NCBI GenBank assembly: GCA_001600695.1
Contig: BCKQ01000020.1
Location: forward strand, 131,699-152,758
Length of the DNA stretch: 21,060 nt
DNA from: Ascoidea asiatica JCM 7603
Lineage: Eukaryota > Fungi > Ascomycota
Direction of reading: 5' to 3'
Positions 20,696 to 21,060 of this stretch are shown piece after piece. Position 1 is the first letter of the stretch, and every line of letters starts with the position of its first letter. The position numbers were made by a program, and so were the translations under genes. The notes under the pieces were generated by a model. That model worked only from the letters and a program-made list of their open reading frames with translations. It searched no databases and was not told where the DNA came from.

Positions 20696-20776
20696 GTCAC
20701 GTGGTGAAGGCAGACCCCGGGAACGTGAAATAAAAAGAGGTTGCAAATCGGGGTCTGGTGATTATACGGGGTCTGC
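20696..20776. promoter_or_regulatory. NUP145 upstream element: Cbf1-type site plus three copies of CGGGGTCTG
   Basis: GTCACGTG 20696-20703; CAGACCCCG 20711-20719; CGGGGTCTG 20749-20757 and 20767-20775. Confidence 0.55.
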
Positions 20777-21060
20777 GAAATATTTCAAATTGAATTAAAA
20801 AGAAGAAGAAAGGAAAGAGAAGAGACAGAAAAGAGAGAAGAGACAGAAGAGGAAGGAGACGCGGAGCAGAAGACGGTCCGTGTCCGGTGATTGTTAATCA
20901 TTTTATTCTTTCTTCGAAGTTCTGTGTGCATCTCAAATATACTGGAATCTTCGTGGTTGTTCTTAGAATGACGTAGTGTCTTTTAGAACAATACTTTATT
21001 TTATTTCTATTCTTAAGTATGGGAAGTGAACTTTCACATACTAAATTTACAAATTTATTC

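Noticed and set aside
20463-20696. 77-aa hydrophobic ORF
   Set aside because: Low-complexity AT-rich NUP145 leader/promoter sequence with a non-ATG start.
20965-21060. Possible start or intron of a next gene (GTATGG, TACTAAA)
   Set aside because: Signals are non-consensus and truncated by the window edge.

Overview
Very AT-rich eukaryotic DNA from a budding yeast (Saccharomycotina); the Asn-rich proteins, microsatellites and a short spliceosomal intron are Ascoidea-like, but this assignment is inference. Protein genes in order: a secreted Thr/Cys-rich cell-wall protein with a flocculin type-3 repeat and 60-bp tandem repeats (minus strand, runs off the left edge); a spliced MDM35 missed by the ORF track; an FLC/TRP-like membrane protein; a minimal, divergent velvet-domain protein; RMT2; TOK1; and NUP145. 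The most notable non-coding feature is a ~1.07-kb GC-rich island (~9605-10672) with many nested stems. It has upstream TATA boxes, a C/A-rich template-like tract, pseudoknot-like U-rich and A-rich elements, a long terminal arm and a 3' Sm-like site, which together fit the layout of a yeast telomerase RNA (candidate, unverified). Smaller GC-rich islands carry Tbf1-, Rlm1-, Crz1-, Tec1- and Cbf1-like motifs. All base-pairings and motif matches were found by eye; no folding or database search was run.
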